From NCBI GenBank assembly GCA_052387375.1, contig JBQTJF010000261.1, positions 1 through 41,685 on the forward strand: a DNA stretch of 41,685 nucleotides, written 5' to 3'. Numbering within the stretch: the stretch's first letter is position 1; each line of letters begins with the position of its first letter. The stretch comes from Betaproteobacteria bacterium (GTDB lineage: Bacteria > Pseudomonadota > Gammaproteobacteria > Burkholderiales > SG8-39). Shown here piece by piece: positions 8,802-20,356 of this stretch. The translations under genes were made by a program, and so were the position numbers. The notes below the pieces were generated by a model. That model saw nothing but the letters and a program-made list of their open reading frames with translations. It was not told where the DNA came from and did not search any database.

Positions 8802-11800
8802 TCATGCCGCTTCCCGTTTCAGAGTCCTGCGGTGCAGCAGGAAATAGGCGGCGGGAATCACGAACATGGACAGGAGCGGCGCGGTGATCATGCCACCGAT
8901 CATCGGCGCCGCGATGCGCTGCATGACCTCGGCGCCGGTGCCCTCGCTCCACATGATCGGGATCAGACCGGCGATGATCACTGCCACCGTCATTGCGACC
9001 GGCCTTACGCGCAGCACCGCGCCTTCAAGGATCGCGTCCTCGAGGTCGCTGCGCGAGAGGGCGACACCGGCCGCCAGGCGCCGCTCCACCGCCTGCTTGA
9101 GATACAGGATCATGACGACGCCGATCTCGGCCGCCACGCCGGCAAGCGCGATGAATCCCACCACGCCCGCGACCGAGAGGTTGTGGCCAAGGACATAGAT
9201 GTACCAGAAGCCGCCGACGAGGGAGAACGGCAACGACAGCATGATGAGCAGCGCTTCGCCCATGCGCTGGAACGCGAGGTACAGCAGCACGAGGATGATA
9301 AGCAGCACGAACGGCACCACCAGCGCGAGCCGCGCCTTGGCGCGCTCCAGGTACTCGAACTGGCCGGACCAGGCGAGCGAGACCCCCGCGGGCAGCTTCA
9401 CCTGCTCAGCCACCGCGCGCTGGGCGTCGGCGACCACCGAGCCCAGGTCGCGGCCGCGGATGTCGACGTAGATCCAGCCCGAGAGACGAGCGTTTTCGCT
9501 GCGCAGCATCGGCGGCCCGTCGGAAATGCGCACGGTGGCGACGCTCGAAAGCGGGACCTGCGCGCCGCGCTCGGTGACGATGGGCAAGCTCCTCAGCTTG
9601 TCGACCGAGTCGCGCACCTCGCGCGGGTAGCGCACGTTGATGGGGAAGCGGCTGCGGCCTTCGATCGTCTCGCCGATGTTGTCGCCGCCGATCGCCGCCG
9701 CTACCACCGATTGCACGTCCATGATGGAGAGCCCGTAACGCGCCGCGGCGAAGCGATCGATGGTGATGTCGATGTAGCGGCCGCCGCGCACGCGCTCGGC
9801 GAGCACCGACGAGACCCCGGGCACGTCCTTGACCACGCCCTCGATCGCCGCGGCCGCCCGCTCGATTTGCGCCAGGTCGGGCCCGGACACCTTGATGCCG
9901 AGCGGGCTTTTGATGCCGGTGGCGAGCATGTCGATGCGGTTGCGGATCGGCGGGATCCAGATGTTGGACAGTCCCGGCAGGCGCACGACGCGGTCCAGCT
10001 CCTCGACGAGCTTCTCCGGCGTCATGCCCGGGCGCCACTCCGCGCGCGGCTTGAGCTGCACTACCGTCTCGACCATTTCGAGCGGCGCGGGATCGGTCGC
10101 CGTCTCGGCGCGCCCGATCTTGCCGAACACGCTCTTCACCTCGGGAACCGTGGCGATCAGCTTGTCGGTCTGCTGCAGGAGCTGCGCCGCCTTGCCCGGC
10201 GACAAGCCGGGCAGCGCCGAGGGCATGTACAGCAGGTCGCCTTCGTAGAGCGGCGGCAGGAACTCCGTGCCGAGGCGGTGAATCGGCAGCCACATGGAAG
10301 CGGCGAGCAGCGCGGCGATGACGAGCGTCGTCCACGGCGCTCGGACGACCGCGCCCACCAGCGGCCGGTAGGCGGCGATCAGCCAGCGGTTGAGCGGGTT
10401 GCTTCTCTCGGCCGGGATGCGGCCGCGGATGAAGTATCCCATCAGCACCGGGACCAGCGTCACCGAGAGTCCGGCAGCGGCCGCCATGGCGTAGGTCTTG
10501 GTGTAGGCGAGCGGCGAGAACAGCTTGCCCTCCTGCGCCTGCAGAGCGAACACCGGGACGAAGGACAGCGTGATGATGAGCAGCGAGAAGAACAGCGCCG
10601 GCCCCACTTCATGCGCCGCGTCGCCGATGAGCAGCCAGCGCTGCTGGTTGGATATCTCCGCGCCGGGATGACGGTGGTGCCAGGCCTCGAGCTTCTTGTG
10701 GGCGTTCTCGATCATCACGATCGCCGCATCCACCATCGCGCCGATGGCGATGGCGAGTCCTCCTAACGACAGGATGTTGGCGTTCACCCCCTGGTAGTAC
10801 ATGACGATGAACGCGACCAGGATGCCGAGCGGCAGCGTCACGATGGCGACGAAAGCGCTTCTCAGGTGAACGAGAAACACCAGGCACACCAGCGCGACGA
10901 CGAGGAATTCCTCCAGCAGCTTCTCGGCGAGGTGGCGCACCGAGCGCTCGATGAGCCCCGAGCGGTCGTAGGTTTCGACGAGCTCGACGCCCTCGGGGAG
11001 GCTCGCCTTGAGCGCCGCCAGCTTCGCCTTGACCGCATGGATGGCCTCGAGGGCGTTCTTGCCGTGGCGCATGATGACGATGCCGCCCGCCACCTCGCCC
11101 TCGCCGTCGAGCTCGGAGATGCCGCGGCGCATCTCGGGGCCCATCTGGATGTGCGCCACCTCCTTCAGCATCACCGGCGTGCCCGCCTCGGTGGTCATGA
11201 GGGGGATGGCGGCGAAGTCCTCGAGCGTCTTCAGGTAGCCGCTCGCGCGCACCATGTATTCGGCCTCGCCAAGCTCGAGCACCGAGCCGCCGGTCTCGCG
11301 GTTGGCGTTCTGCACCGCCTGGATGACGCGGCCGTGGGGAATGCCGTACGCGCGCAGGCGCTCGGGGATGAGGACGATCTGGTATTGCCGCACCATCCCG
11401 CCCACGGAGGCCACCTCGGCGATGTCGGGCACGGCCTTCAGCTCGTAGCGCAGGAACCAGTCCTGGATCGCGCGCAGCTGCCCGAGATCGTGCCGGCCGC
11501 TGCGGTCGACGAGCGCGTACTGGTAGATCCAGCCCACGCCGGTGGCGTCCGGGCCGAGCGCGGGCTTGGCGGCGGCCGGCAGGCGCGACTGCGCCTGGTT
11601 CATGTATTCGAGCACGCGCGAGCGCGCCCAGTACGGATCGGTGCCGTCCTCGAACAGGATGTAGACGAACGAGTCGCCGAACATCGAGTAGCCGCGCACC
11701 GTCTTGGCGCCGGGAACCGACATCATGGTCGTGGCAAGCGGATAGGTGACCTGGTCCTCGACGATGCGCGGCGCCTGGCCGGGAAACGGCGTGCGGATGA

Positions 11801-11942
11801 TGACCTGGGTATCGGACAGATCGGGAATGGCATCGAGCGGCGTGCGCAGCAGCGAAATCACGCCCCAGGCGGCGACCAGCACTGTCGCCAGCAGCACCAG
11901 GAACCGGTTCGAGATCGACCAGCGGATCAGCGCGGCGATCAT
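8802..11942 (-). CDS. cusA: CusA/SilA heavy-metal RND efflux pump
   Basis: [51 protein letters not shown]. Confidence 0.95.
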   Translation of the reverse strand: MIAALIRWSISNRFLVLLATVLVAAWGVISLLRTPLDAIPDLSDTQVIIRTPFPGQAPRIVEDQVTYPLATTMMSVPGAKTVRGYSMFGDSFVYILFEDGTDPYWARSRVLEYMNQAQSRLPAAAKPALGPDATGVGWIYQYALVDRSGRHDLGQLRAIQDWFLRYELKAVPDIAEVASVGGMVRQYQIVLIPERLRAYGIPHGRVIQAVQNANRETGGSVLELGEAEYMVRASGYLKTLEDFAAIPLMTTEAGTPVMLKEVAHIQMGPEMRRGISELDGEGEVAGGIVIMRHGKNALEAIHAVKAKLAALKASLPEGVELVETYDRSGLIERSVRHLAEKLLEEFLVVALVCLVFLVHLRSAFVAIVTLPLGILVAFIVMYYQGVNANILSLGGLAIAIGAMVDAAIVMIENAHKKLEAWHHRHPGAEISNQQRWLLIGDAAHEVGPALFFSLLIITLSFVPVFALQAQEGKLFSPLAYTKTYAMAAAAGLSVTLVPVLMGYFIRGRIPAERSNPLNRWLIAAYRPLVGAVVRAPWTTLVIAALLAASMWLPIHRLGTEFLPPLYEGDLLYMPSALPGLSPGKAAQLLQQTDKLIATVPEVKSVFGKIGRAETATDPAPLEMVETVVQLKPRAEWRPGMTPEKLVEELDRVVRLPGLSNIWIPPIRNRIDMLATGIKSPLGIKVSGPDLAQIERAAAAIEGVVKDVPGVSSVLAERVRGGRYIDITIDRFAAARYGLSIMDVQSVVAAAIGGDNIGETIEGRSRFPINVRYPREVRDSVDKLRSLPIVTERGAQVPLSSVATVRISDGPPMLRSENARLSGWIYVDIRGRDLGSVVADAQRAVAEQVKLPAGVSLAWSGQFEYLERAKARLALVVPFVLLIILVLLYLAFQRMGEALLIMLSLPFSLVGGFWYIYVLGHNLSVAGVVGFIALAGVAAEIGVVMILYLKQAVERRLAAGVALSRSDLEDAILEGAVLRVRPVAMTVAVIIAGLIPIMWSEGTGAEVMQRIAAPMIGGMITAPLLSMFVIPAAYFLLHRRTLKREAA

Positions 11943-13426
11943 TTCGCGGCCCCGATCCTCGTGATGACGTAGTTGCCGTCCTTGTCCGGCGCGGCGCGCA
12001 GCTCGAACTCCACCGCATCGCCCGGCTTGAGCGCGGAAAGCTGCGATCGGTCCTCGACGACGAAGCCCATCTGCATCGCCGGCCACTGCAGGGAGGCGAT
12101 CGGCTCGTGCTGCAGCTCGACCTGCCCGCTCTCGCGATCCACCCCGGCGAGCTTGCCGCGCCCCTGGTGACCTGCCTCCTTCGCGGCGTCCTGCAGCCGC
12201 GCGATGGCGCCCGAGAGGCTCGCCTCGGAGTCGATGAGGAACTGGCCGGAGAGGACCACGGTGGCGCCGGGCCCGATGCCCTTGCGGATCTCCGACAGGC
12301 CGCCGTGCTCGACGCCCACCTCGACCTGCTGCGGGCTGAAGCGGCCCTTGCCGAGCGACACGATGACGATGCTGCGCTCCCCGGTGCGAATCACCGCCTC
12401 GGTGGGTGCGAGCAGCATCTCGCGCCCGCTACCGGCGGCGAACGAGAGCGTGGCGAACATGCCCGGCTTGAGCAGCTCGCCCGGATTGGCGAGCTCGATG
12501 CGCGTGCGCACGGTGCGGGTCGCCGCGCTCACCTCGGGGAGGATCGCACCGACGCGGCCCTCGAACTTCATGTCGGGATAGGCGGCGGCGCGCGCTTCGG
12601 CGCGGCTTCCCGGGACCACCGCCGCGGCCTGTGTCTCGGGAATTTCGGCGTTCACCCACACCGTGGAGAGATCCACGATGCGGAACATGGTGTGACCCGG
12701 CATCACCGCCATGCCCTCGCGCAGACCGAGCTCGGCGATGACGCCGGAAATGGGCGCGTAGCGCGTGAAGCGCTGCCGTACGCGGCCCGCGCGCTCGATC
12801 GAGGCGATCTCGCCCTCCGTCATGCCGAGCAGCGCGAGGCGCTGACGCGCCGCCTGCGCGAGCGGCTGCACGTCCGCGGAAGAGCTCCTTCGGAGCAGCA
12901 GGTACTCCTCCTGCGCGCCGGTCCACTCGGGGTACAGCATGTCGACCAGCGGCGCGCCTTTCCTCACTGGGTCGAGCGGCGCGCGCGCATGCAATTTCTC
13001 GACGAAGCCCGCCGCGCGCGCCTGGAGCTGCACGACGCCGCGCTCGTTGTACGCAACCGTGCCGACCGCGTCGAAACGCCGCTCCAGCGTTCCCAGCTTC
13101 ACCACTGCGGTACGCACGCCGAGGTTCTGCACCACCTGCGGGCTGATGGTCACCGCGCCGCCCTCGATTTCGTCCGCGTACTTTGGCACGAGCTGCATGT
13201 CCATGAAAGGCGACTTGCCGGGCTTGTCGAAGCGCTGCTGCGGATACATCGGGTCGTACCAGTACAGGACCCGCTTGCCCGCGCTGCCCTGGTTTTCATT
13301 TCCGGGGGCTTGCTGTGCGAGCGGGGGCACCGCGCTCATCACGCGGTGCTCGGCGTACCGATAGCCGCCATAACCGGCCGCGGCGAGCGCGGCCAGCGCG
13401 AAAAGGCCCAGGATCATCTTTCTCAT
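11939..13426 (-). CDS. cusB: CusB periplasmic adaptor with a C-terminal CusF-like domain
   Basis: [39 protein letters not shown]-terminal [16 protein letters not shown]. Confidence 0.93.
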   Translation of the reverse strand: MRKMILGLFALAALAAAGYGGYRYAEHRVMSAVPPLAQQAPGNENQGSAGKRVLYWYDPMYPQQRFDKPGKSPFMDMQLVPKYADEIEGGAVTISPQVVQNLGVRTAVVKLGTLERRFDAVGTVAYNERGVVQLQARAAGFVEKLHARAPLDPVRKGAPLVDMLYPEWTGAQEEYLLLRRSSSADVQPLAQAARQRLALLGMTEGEIASIERAGRVRQRFTRYAPISGVIAELGLREGMAVMPGHTMFRIVDLSTVWVNAEIPETQAAAVVPGSRAEARAAAYPDMKFEGRVGAILPEVSAATRTVRTRIELANPGELLKPGMFATLSFAAGSGREMLLAPTEAVIRTGERSIVIVSLGKGRFSPQQVEVGVEHGGLSEIRKGIGPGATVVLSGQFLIDSEASLSGAIARLQDAAKEAGHQGRGKLAGVDRESGQVELQHEPIASLQWPAMQMGFVVEDRSQLSALKPGDAVEFELRAAPDKDGNYVITRIGAAK

Positions 13427-14673
13427 CGCGTGCTCTCTTGCGGGTACAGATAGCTCAGATTGGCCCAGGCCTTGGCGCGCTCGGCGAGCGCCTGGATCAG
13501 GCCCAGCTCGTTCTCGGTCACCATGCGCTCCGACTCGAGAACCGCTCCGAGCTCGCTCCTGCCACCACGGTACGCGGCAAGCGAAGCGGTGACGCGGTCG
13601 CGCGCCAGCGGCAGGAGCGTGCGCTCGAAGCGCTCGATGCGACGCTGCGCGGTATCGAAATCGGCGAGCCAGCCGCGAACCTCGGCCTCCCGCATCCGCC
13701 GGGCGTCCTCGCGCATGGCGCGCGTCTGCTCGAGCTCGGCGAGGCGCGAAGCGACGTCGCGGTCCTGGCGACGCTCCGCCCGCCAGGGCAAATCGAACGC
13801 CACCATGACCGTGAGCATGTTTTCGAAGTAGGGCCGGCGCTGCCCGTAGCCCACTTCCAGCATCCAGTCGGATTTCTTCATGCTGGTGGCAAGGTCCACC
13901 TCGGCACGGGCGAGCGCTTCGCGCCGATCGAAAGTGCGCAGCTCCGGGTGCTCGGCGAGCCGTGCGACAAGCTCGTGGCGAGGCTGCGCGAACGCAGTGG
14001 TATCGGGCGGATCGGCAAGCGGGCGCTTGGCCGCCTCGCCGAGCCAGCTTGCCAGCATGATGCGCGCCTTCTCGACGGCCCGCTCCTGCTCGAGCAGCTT
14101 GTCGTTCGCCTGCTCGAACGCCTGGCGCAGCATGAAAGCGTCGGCCGCGCCCTGCCTGCCGCGGGCAATCGCCGGCGAAAGAGAGTCCAGGTGCAGCCGG
14201 AACTGGCCCGCCAGCCGCTCGAGCGCGGCGCGCGAGCGCTCGGCGTAGTGCAGCTCCAGCCACGAAGTGGCGATGTCGCGCTGGAGGAGCGCCTCCTGCG
14301 CGGCCAGGTTCGCGCCTTCGACGCCGCGCGCACGCTCGGCGCGCAGGTTGCGCGCCTCGCGCTTCGCGCTGTTCGGGAATTCCTGGGTCCAGCCGATGGC
14401 GCGCGCGGTCATGAAGTCGCGGTCGTAGCGCAAGCGGTCCTCTCCCGTGACGGGCAGGTTCTCGATGCCCAGGCGCAGCTTCGGGTCCGGCAGCTCGCCG
14501 GCCCGGCCGACCTGCTCGCGCGCCGCGTCCACCATGTGGCGCTGGGCGGCGAGCCGCGGCGATTGCGCGAGCCCCGAGCGGACCGCCTCCTCAAGCGACA
14601 GCGGTTGTGCCCCGGCACCCAGCGCGAGCACCGCCAGGGAAGCGGCGGCGAACGTCTTCGCAATTACGTGCAT
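13423..14673 (-). CDS. TolC/CusC-type outer-membrane efflux protein
   Basis: Signal peptide, LPDPKLRLGIENLP, helical repeats; directly upstream of cusB. Confidence 0.88.
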   Translation of the reverse strand: MHVIAKTFAAASLAVLALGAGAQPLSLEEAVRSGLAQSPRLAAQRHMVDAAREQVGRAGELPDPKLRLGIENLPVTGEDRLRYDRDFMTARAIGWTQEFPNSAKREARNLRAERARGVEGANLAAQEALLQRDIATSWLELHYAERSRAALERLAGQFRLHLDSLSPAIARGRQGAADAFMLRQAFEQANDKLLEQERAVEKARIMLASWLGEAAKRPLADPPDTTAFAQPRHELVARLAEHPELRTFDRREALARAEVDLATSMKKSDWMLEVGYGQRRPYFENMLTVMVAFDLPWRAERRQDRDVASRLAELEQTRAMREDARRMREAEVRGWLADFDTAQRRIERFERTLLPLARDRVTASLAAYRGGRSELGAVLESERMVTENELGLIQALAERAKAWANLSYLYPQESTR

Positions 14674-14676
14674 GTC

Positions 14677-14758
14677 GATCTCCAAGCGGCGTTAAACGCC
14701 CGCGCGCAGCGCGCGGGCGGCAAGGCGATTTCAGCCGAGCGAGTCGGCCGTGGAGATC
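14677..14758 (-). promoter_or_regulatory. RBS-sequestering stem-loop between leader 1 and tolC
   Basis: GATCTCCA (14677-14684) pairs with TGGAGATC (14751-14758); inner GC-rich hairpin. Confidence 0.7.
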
Positions 14759-15140
14759 AGATCAGGAAGGAGTGCAGCAGGATGCGCGCCGGCGGGGCGC
14801 CCGGCGGCGGCGCCTGGAGGCCCGTGGGCGGCGAACCTCGGTCGTCACGACGCTCCAGCAGCAGCACCGGCAGGTCGGCGGGGCTGCGTACGAGAGCGAC
14901 AGCAAGGCCGGCGAGTTGCAGGTCCGAGGTGCAATGCGCGACGCAACGGTTGCCGTAAAGCGAGTCGAAGCCGGAGACCGATGCCCCACAGCAGCCATCC
15001 TCGCCCGCCGGCGCCATGGCGAGCGCGAGCGCGCCGCGCTCGACCGGGCAGTCGGCAAGCGAGAGGCTCGCCTGGGCGAAGCCCAGCAGCGCGATCAGCG
15101 CTATGGCGATCCGGCGGATGATTCGAGCGCGCATTCTCAT
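14757..15140 (-). CDS. Exported Cys/Pro-rich leader protein 1 (CutF-like)
   Basis: Signal peptide, CC and CVAHC, C-terminal PPPGAPPARILLHSFLI; TAGAAT -10-like box at 15153-15158. Confidence 0.75.
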   Translation of the reverse strand: MRMRARIIRRIAIALIALLGFAQASLSLADCPVERGALALAMAPAGEDGCCGASVSGFDSLYGNRCVAHCTSDLQLAGLAVALVRSPADLPVLLLERRDDRGSPPTGLQAPPPGAPPARILLHSFLI

Positions 15141-15175
15141 TGGCTGGGCAGCATTCTATAGGACTTATGACAGCG

Positions 15176-15913
15176 TCAGCCGATGCGCCCGAAGATCGGG
15201 AAGGTGCGCAGCATCCAGAAGCCGAAGGCGTTGAGCTGGCCGGTCAGCATGGCGATGCCCATCAGCACCACTACCGCACCGGCAATGTATTGCAGCCATG
15301 CCCCGGCGCGCCGCAGCCGGCGCATCGTGCCGAGCATCTCGCGCGTGAAGGCAGCCGTAACCAGAAACGGCACACCGAGTCCGGCGGCATAGACGGCGAG
15401 CAGAGCCACGCCCGTGGAGACCGAGGTCTGCACCGCCGTCACGGTGAGGATGGCGCCCAGCACCGGGCCGATGCACGGCGTCCAGCCGAAGCCGAAGGCG
15501 AGGCCGAGCACGTACGCGGCGAGCGGGTGGCCGCCGTGCAGCGCCGGGTGGAAGCGCAGCTCGCGCTGCGACCACGGCAGCAGGCGGTCGAAGCCGAGCA
15601 TCAGCAGGCCGAAGAGGATGACGATGGCGCCGCCGATGACGTTGGCTTCGGTGCGGTATTGCAGCAGCAGGCGGCCGAGCGCCGTGGCGCTCGCGCCCAG
15701 CGCGATGAAGACGGTCGAGAAGCCGAGCACGAAGAACGCGCTCATCGACAGCGTGGCGAGGCGCGTGCGCGCCGCGGGCGCGGCATCGACACCGGGCGCC
15801 CCGCCGGCGACATAGGAGACGTAGGCCGGCACGAGGGGCAGCACGCAGGGCGAAAGGAAAGAAACCATGCCCGCGAGGAACGCCGCCGTGAGGCCTACGG
15901 AGCTCGCCTCCAT
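15176..15913 (-). CDS. ccdA: Cytochrome c biogenesis protein CcdA
   Basis: SFLSPCVLPLVP and FGWTPCIGPVL. Confidence 0.92.
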   Translation of the reverse strand: MEASSVGLTAAFLAGMVSFLSPCVLPLVPAYVSYVAGGAPGVDAAPAARTRLATLSMSAFFVLGFSTVFIALGASATALGRLLLQYRTEANVIGGAIVILFGLLMLGFDRLLPWSQRELRFHPALHGGHPLAAYVLGLAFGFGWTPCIGPVLGAILTVTAVQTSVSTGVALLAVYAAGLGVPFLVTAAFTREMLGTMRRLRRAGAWLQYIAGAVVVLMGIAMLTGQLNAFGFWMLRTFPIFGRIG

Positions 15914-16500
15914 CAGCCGCTCCCGGGGGCGATGAGCCGCCGTATCGACTCGAGCGCCGGCGCGCTGTCCCACTCTGCCGGCCCGACATGGCGGGCGATC
16001 TCGCGCCCTTCACGGTCGAGGAGCAGCGTGCTCGGTACCCCTACCACGCGAAGCGCGGCGCTGGCCTGCATCGAGCGGTCGACGTAGATGCCGAGCGCGT
16101 CGACGCCGATCTCGCGGTAGAAACGCCGTACCGCTTCCGCGCCACCGGCGTCGATGGCCAGCGCCACAACTTCGAAGCCGGGCCCCCCGAGCTTCTGCTG
16201 CAGGCGGGAGAGCGCCGGCATCTCTTCGCGGCAGGGCGCGCACCATGTCCCCCACACGTTGAGCAACACGTACCGGCCGCGGAAATCGGCGAGCGAGCGC
16301 GGCCGCCCCGCGCCGTCCTCGAAGGCGAGGTCGCGCACCGCGACCGGCGTCGCGTGGACTCGCAACACGCCGGCGGGTTCAGGGGCCAGCGCTGGAGCGG
16401 GCGGCGAGGCAAGGCGCGAGTCGAAGATCCAGATACCCACAGCCACACCGCCAAGGAGAGCGAGGCCGAGGGCCAAGCGCGGATAGATGCCCACGTTCAC
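15913..16500 (-). CDS. TlpA/ResA-like thiol-disulfide oxidoreductase
   Basis: N-terminal membrane anchor, WCAPCREEMP, GVPST. Confidence 0.9.
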   Translation of the reverse strand: MNVGIYPRLALGLALLGGVAVGIWIFDSRLASPPAPALAPEPAGVLRVHATPVAVRDLAFEDGAGRPRSLADFRGRYVLLNVWGTWCAPCREEMPALSRLQQKLGGPGFEVVALAIDAGGAEAVRRFYREIGVDALGIYVDRSMQASAALRVVGVPSTLLLDREGREIARHVGPAEWDSAPALESIRRLIAPGSG

Positions 16501-16539
16501 TGCTCCTCCTTACACGAGATGCTTCGCCATGCGGCTAAT

Positions 16540-17205
16540 TTAAATGGGCTTGAGCAGGGTTTCGATGCGCGCGAGGCTGCGCGCCGAATCGGCGACGATG
16601 GCGGCGGTGCCGCCCGGCAGCGGCATCACGGCCGCTTTCAAGCCCTTCGCCGATGCGCTGGCGCGCGAGCGGCGCGGCTCTCCCGGAAAGAAGAGCAGCG
16701 TCGCCTTGCCGAGCGGCGTCGTGACGAGGAAATGATGCGCCGAGCCTTCGGCAAGCGGGTAGAAGCAGATATAGCGCACGTCGCCGATCTCGGGAGGTAG
16801 CGACACGCTCATCTGGCGTGCCACCCGGGCGATGATGCCCGCCTCGACGGGCTTTGCCTCCGCAATCGTGCGTGCCTCCTCGTATACGACGAAGTCGATG
16901 CCCGCGCGCGCCAACGGATCGTCGGGCGCCAGCATCGCGCTCGCTGCCAGTCCCGCGGCCAGCAGGACTGCCGCGGCGGCCGCGTACCAGCCTGCCGCAC
17001 GCCGGGAGCTCGCCCGGGCCGCCAGCTTTTTCGCCAGCTCGCGCGGAACGCGAACGCGAAGCGCCTTTTCGATGCGCCGCTCGAGCTCCAGAGCGTTCGC
17101 GAGAAAGTCTCGGCAGGGGGCGCATTGCGCGGCGTGGGCAGCGGTAGCTGCATCCAGCTTGCGGGGATTGCTCGCCGCGGCGCGACGAAATTCCAGGCAG
17201 TTCAT
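16540..17205 (-). CDS. DUF3379-like putative zinc-finger membrane protein
   Basis: MNCLEFRR...H...CxxC N-terminus and one TM helix. Confidence 0.6.
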   Translation of the reverse strand: MNCLEFRRAAASNPRKLDAATAAHAAQCAPCRDFLANALELERRIEKALRVRVPRELAKKLAARASSRRAAGWYAAAAAVLLAAGLAASAMLAPDDPLARAGIDFVVYEEARTIAEAKPVEAGIIARVARQMSVSLPPEIGDVRYICFYPLAEGSAHHFLVTTPLGKATLLFFPGEPRRSRASASAKGLKAAVMPLPGGTAAIVADSARSLARIETLLKPI

Positions 17206-17999
17206 GTTCCAGAGACCCGATGGCGAGGGCGATCCTTACTCCACCACAGCAGCGCCGCGCCGGCGGCGATCATGGGCAGCGAAAGCCACTGCCCCATGGT
17301 GAGGCCGAGCGCGAGCAAGCCCAGATGCGCATCGGGCTCGCGGGTAAACTCCACAGCGAAGCGGAATACGCCGTAGCCGACGAGGAACAGGCCCGACACC
17401 TGGCCGCGCGGGCGCGGCTTCGAGGAGAACCACCACAGCAGCGCAAAGAGTGCCAGGCCTTCCAGCGCGGCCTGATAGAGCTGCGAGGGATGGCGCGGCA
17501 GCTCGCCAGCGCCGCGGAACACCATGCCCCAAGGCAGCGCCGTCGGGCGGCCCCACAGCTCGCCGTTGATGAAGTTGGCGATGCGCCCCGCGGCGATGCC
17601 GAGCGGCACCAGCGGAGCAACAAAGTCGGCCAGCCGCAAAAAGCCGATGCCGCGGCGCCACGCGACGAACGCCATGGCAACGATGACGCCGAGCAGCCCG
17701 CCATGGAACGACATGCCCCCATGCCAGATGGCGAGGATCTCCAGCGGATGCGAAGCATAGTAGGCCGGCTTGTAGAAGAGCACGTAGCCGAGCCGCCCGC
17801 CGAGGATCACGCCCAGCACCGCGGCAAATACCAGGCCCTCGAAATGCTCGCGCGTCAGCGGAGCGAGGCCTCCAGCGATCCTTCTCCTTCCCAGCCACCA
17901 GGCCGCCGCAAAGCCGGCGAGATACATCAGGCCGTACCAGCGCACCGCGAGCGGGCCGATGGAGAACGCCACCGGATCGATGTCGGGCTGGAACAGCAT
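17202..17999 (-). CDS. lgt: Prolipoprotein diacylglyceryl transferase (in frame with the upstream Met-rich ORF)
   Basis: [48 protein letters not shown]. Confidence 0.93.
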   Translation of the reverse strand: MLFQPDIDPVAFSIGPLAVRWYGLMYLAGFAAAWWLGRRRIAGGLAPLTREHFEGLVFAAVLGVILGGRLGYVLFYKPAYYASHPLEILAIWHGGMSFHGGLLGVIVAMAFVAWRRGIGFLRLADFVAPLVPLGIAAGRIANFINGELWGRPTALPWGMVFRGAGELPRHPSQLYQAALEGLALFALLWWFSSKPRPRGQVSGLFLVGYGVFRFAVEFTREPDAHLGLLALGLTMGQWLSLPMIAAGAALLWWSKDRPRHRVSGT

Positions 18000-18353
18000 G
18001 GCGTGTACCGCGCGCCGCGATCCGCGCGCGCCCGGCTTGGTGTCCTTTACCTGACCCGCATACTTCGCGAGGATCTCGCCCATCTTCTGCATCATCTCCG
18101 CCTGCATCTGGAGCTGCAGCTTTTCGTTTCCAGGCGGGAGCTGCGGCATCATCGCGCCACCGCTCATCATACGGTGGCATCCCTGCATCATGTGCATCAT
18201 GTCCCCGCCCATCATTCCACCGCCGCTCATCATGCCACCGCCGCCCATCATGCCCGCCGGCGGCTTCTCGTGTTGCTGGGCGAGCACCGTTCCGGAACCG
18301 GCAAAGAGCAGAGCGCTGGCACAAACAATCCCGAGCATCGGTTTTGCATCCAT
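18000..18353 (-). CDS. Met/Gly-rich exported domain with no stop before lgt
   Basis: Signal peptide, then [27 protein letters not shown]; GGAGG RBS. Confidence 0.65.
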
Positions 18354-18375
18354 CTGCGCCTCCTTCGAAGGTCGA

Positions 18376-19401
18376 CTAGAAATGGCCGATCGATGCGGCG
18401 ATGATGCTTCCGGCCATCATCGAAATCGCGATGGCGAGCAGCCGCAAGCCGAGCCGGCGGTTCCGAGCCTGCAAGTCGGCTCGGGCGGCGGCGGACGGCG
18501 CTGGCGCGCGCCCGCGGCGGCTGTCGAGCGCCGATTCGCGCATGCCCCATAAACGGATGACCAGCAGGACGGCGACCGCCAACACGAGGCCGCCGGGAAT
18601 CCACATCACCAGGCCACCGAGCTGCTCATCGTGCAAGGCGCCGAGTTGCGGCCAAAGCCTGCCGTTAGCGCCATACGCCGGATAGAGAACCGAGGACTTG
18701 AGGGCGAGGTAGGCGGCCAGGGGCGTGGTGGCCGCGATGGCGGCGATGACCATGGTGAGCCGGGCGCCGTAACCGGCCCCCGGCGGCACCGGTCGTGGGT
18801 CGAACACCTGCGAGAAAAACAGAAGCCCGGAAAAGAGCATGGTGAAATGCATGAAGTAGTGGGTTGCATCGCCGGCAAGGGCGAGCTCGTGGTAGCGCGG
18901 GACGTGCCAGAAGTAAATCGAGCCCACGAAGAGCAGCGTCGCTGCCGCCGGCCGCGCGGCGATATGGAACATCGCGCGCAGGCCGCCGCTCGAGACAACC
19001 GGCGCCAAGGCGCCTGAGCGCAGAGCCGGCGGCATTCCTGCAACCAGGGTGGCCTGGGGCGCGGCGAGCATGACGAGCATCGGCCCGATCGACTGCAGCA
19101 AGAGGTGCTGAAGCTGGTGCAGGGCAAAGGAGTGCTCGGCGGCGGTATCGAGCGGCGACTGCAGCGACGCGAGCAGGGCTGTCATGCCGGCGAAGAAGCT
19201 CGCGTGCCGCCACGCGGAAACCGGATGCGACGCATTGCGCCGGCGCAGGATGCCGGCCGCGTAACTCCAGCCCAGGAGCAGCGTGAGAGCGAGAATCTCA
19301 GGCGCAAACGGCCATGCGAGCCTATCCGTTTGCGCTTCGCCGCCGTGCGCGAACGCGGCAAGCGGAATCGCAAGCGACAGCGCGCCCGCAAGCGCTCTCA
19401 T
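18376..19401 (-). CDS. Cytochrome c oxidase assembly protein (Caa3_CtaG family)
   Basis: [32 protein letters not shown]. Confidence 0.85.
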   Translation of the reverse strand: MRALAGALSLAIPLAAFAHGGEAQTDRLAWPFAPEILALTLLLGWSYAAGILRRRNASHPVSAWRHASFFAGMTALLASLQSPLDTAAEHSFALHQLQHLLLQSIGPMLVMLAAPQATLVAGMPPALRSGALAPVVSSGGLRAMFHIAARPAAATLLFVGSIYFWHVPRYHELALAGDATHYFMHFTMLFSGLLFFSQVFDPRPVPPGAGYGARLTMVIAAIAATTPLAAYLALKSSVLYPAYGANGRLWPQLGALHDEQLGGLVMWIPGGLVLAVAVLLVIRLWGMRESALDSRRGRAPAPSAAARADLQARNRRLGLRLLAIAISMMAGSIIAASIGHF

Positions 19402-19715
19402 CGCTCCGGCGAGCGCCATTGCTCGTTGGGCCGGGAGCGACCCATCATCCCGCCGCCCATCATCCCGCCGCCGCCCATCATGCCGCCGTCGCCCATCATG
19501 CCCCGGCCCTCCGAGCGATTCGCTTCCAGGCGCGCGACGGCACGCTCCAGCCGCTCGAGGCTGCGCTCGAGCTGCTCGACCCTGCGTTCGAGCCGCGCCA
19601 CGGCGGCGCTCTGCGCTCCGGGCTGCGGCGTGCGCGCCCGGTCCTCTTGCGCCATGGCGGTGCCGGCCAGGAATACCGCCATGAGGGAAGTCGTGCAGAT
19701 TTTCACCTTGCTCAT
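19398..19715 (-). CDS. Small exported coiled-coil protein with a Met/Gly-rich tail
   Basis: Signal peptide, heptad LERRVEQLERSLERLER, GMMG repeats; overlaps the start/stop codons of both neighbours. Confidence 0.7.
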   Translation of the reverse strand: MSKVKICTTSLMAVFLAGTAMAQEDRARTPQPGAQSAAVARLERRVEQLERSLERLERAVARLEANRSEGRGMMGDGGMMGGGGMMGGGMMGRSRPNEQWRSPER

Positions 19716-20356
19716 AAAGCCTCCTTTTCCGATGCGGCGAGCAGCCGCTCGAGGTCTTCCACGATGCGCTCGACGCTGCGGCCGTTCTGGCTGATGTAGA
19801 GGCGCGGCTCGCCGCGCGCGTCGAACACCAGGATGCCGGTGCTGTGGTCGACCATGTAATGCCCGCCATGGCCGGCGTGCGTCTTGTCGGCGCGGTAATG
19901 GATCTTGAACTCCTTTGCCAAGCGCTCGGTTTCCTCAGGCGTGCCGCGCAGGCCGAGAAAGCCGGGATGGAAAGCCGCAACGTAGCTGGAGAGGACCTTG
20001 GGCGTATCGCGTTCCGGATCGACCGTGGCGAACAGGCCCTGCACCCGCGCGCCGTCCTGACCGAGCCGCCTTACCGCCTCGGCCATCTCCGCCAGGGCGA
20101 GCGGGCAGGCGTCCGGGCAGCTCGTGTACCCGAAAAAGAGCATCACGACCTTGCCGCGAAAATCTGCAAGGCTGCGGCGCCTGCCGTGGTGATCGGTGAG
20201 CTCGAAACCGCGCCCCCAGTCCACCCCGGTGATGTCGGTGGCGTGGAACTTGCGCTCCGGCGCTTGCCTGCCGCATGCGACGAGGAGCGGCGGCGCACTC
20301 GCCGCTGCCGCGAGCGCTGCGAGAAAGCCGCGTCGTGTCAGACTTGCCCTGACCAC
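19712..20356 (-). CDS. SCO1/SenC copper chaperone (Tat lipoprotein)
   Basis: TRRGFL...LVAC, FGYTSCPDACP, VDPERDT, DHS. Confidence 0.92.
   Translation of the reverse strand: MVRASLTRRGFLAALAAAASAPPLLVACGRQAPERKFHATDITGVDWGRGFELTDHHGRRRSLADFRGKVVMLFFGYTSCPDACPLALAEMAEAVRRLGQDGARVQGLFATVDPERDTPKVLSSYVAAFHPGFLGLRGTPEETERLAKEFKIHYRADKTHAGHGGHYMVDHSTGILVFDARGEPRLYISQNGRSVERIVEDLERLLAASEKEAL

Noticed and set aside
13427-14263. Long N-terminal extensions in the ORF track (cusB, cusA, ctaG, SCO, cytochromes)
   Set aside because: They overlap upstream genes in other frames; downstream starts with signal peptides and stop-start coupling fit better.
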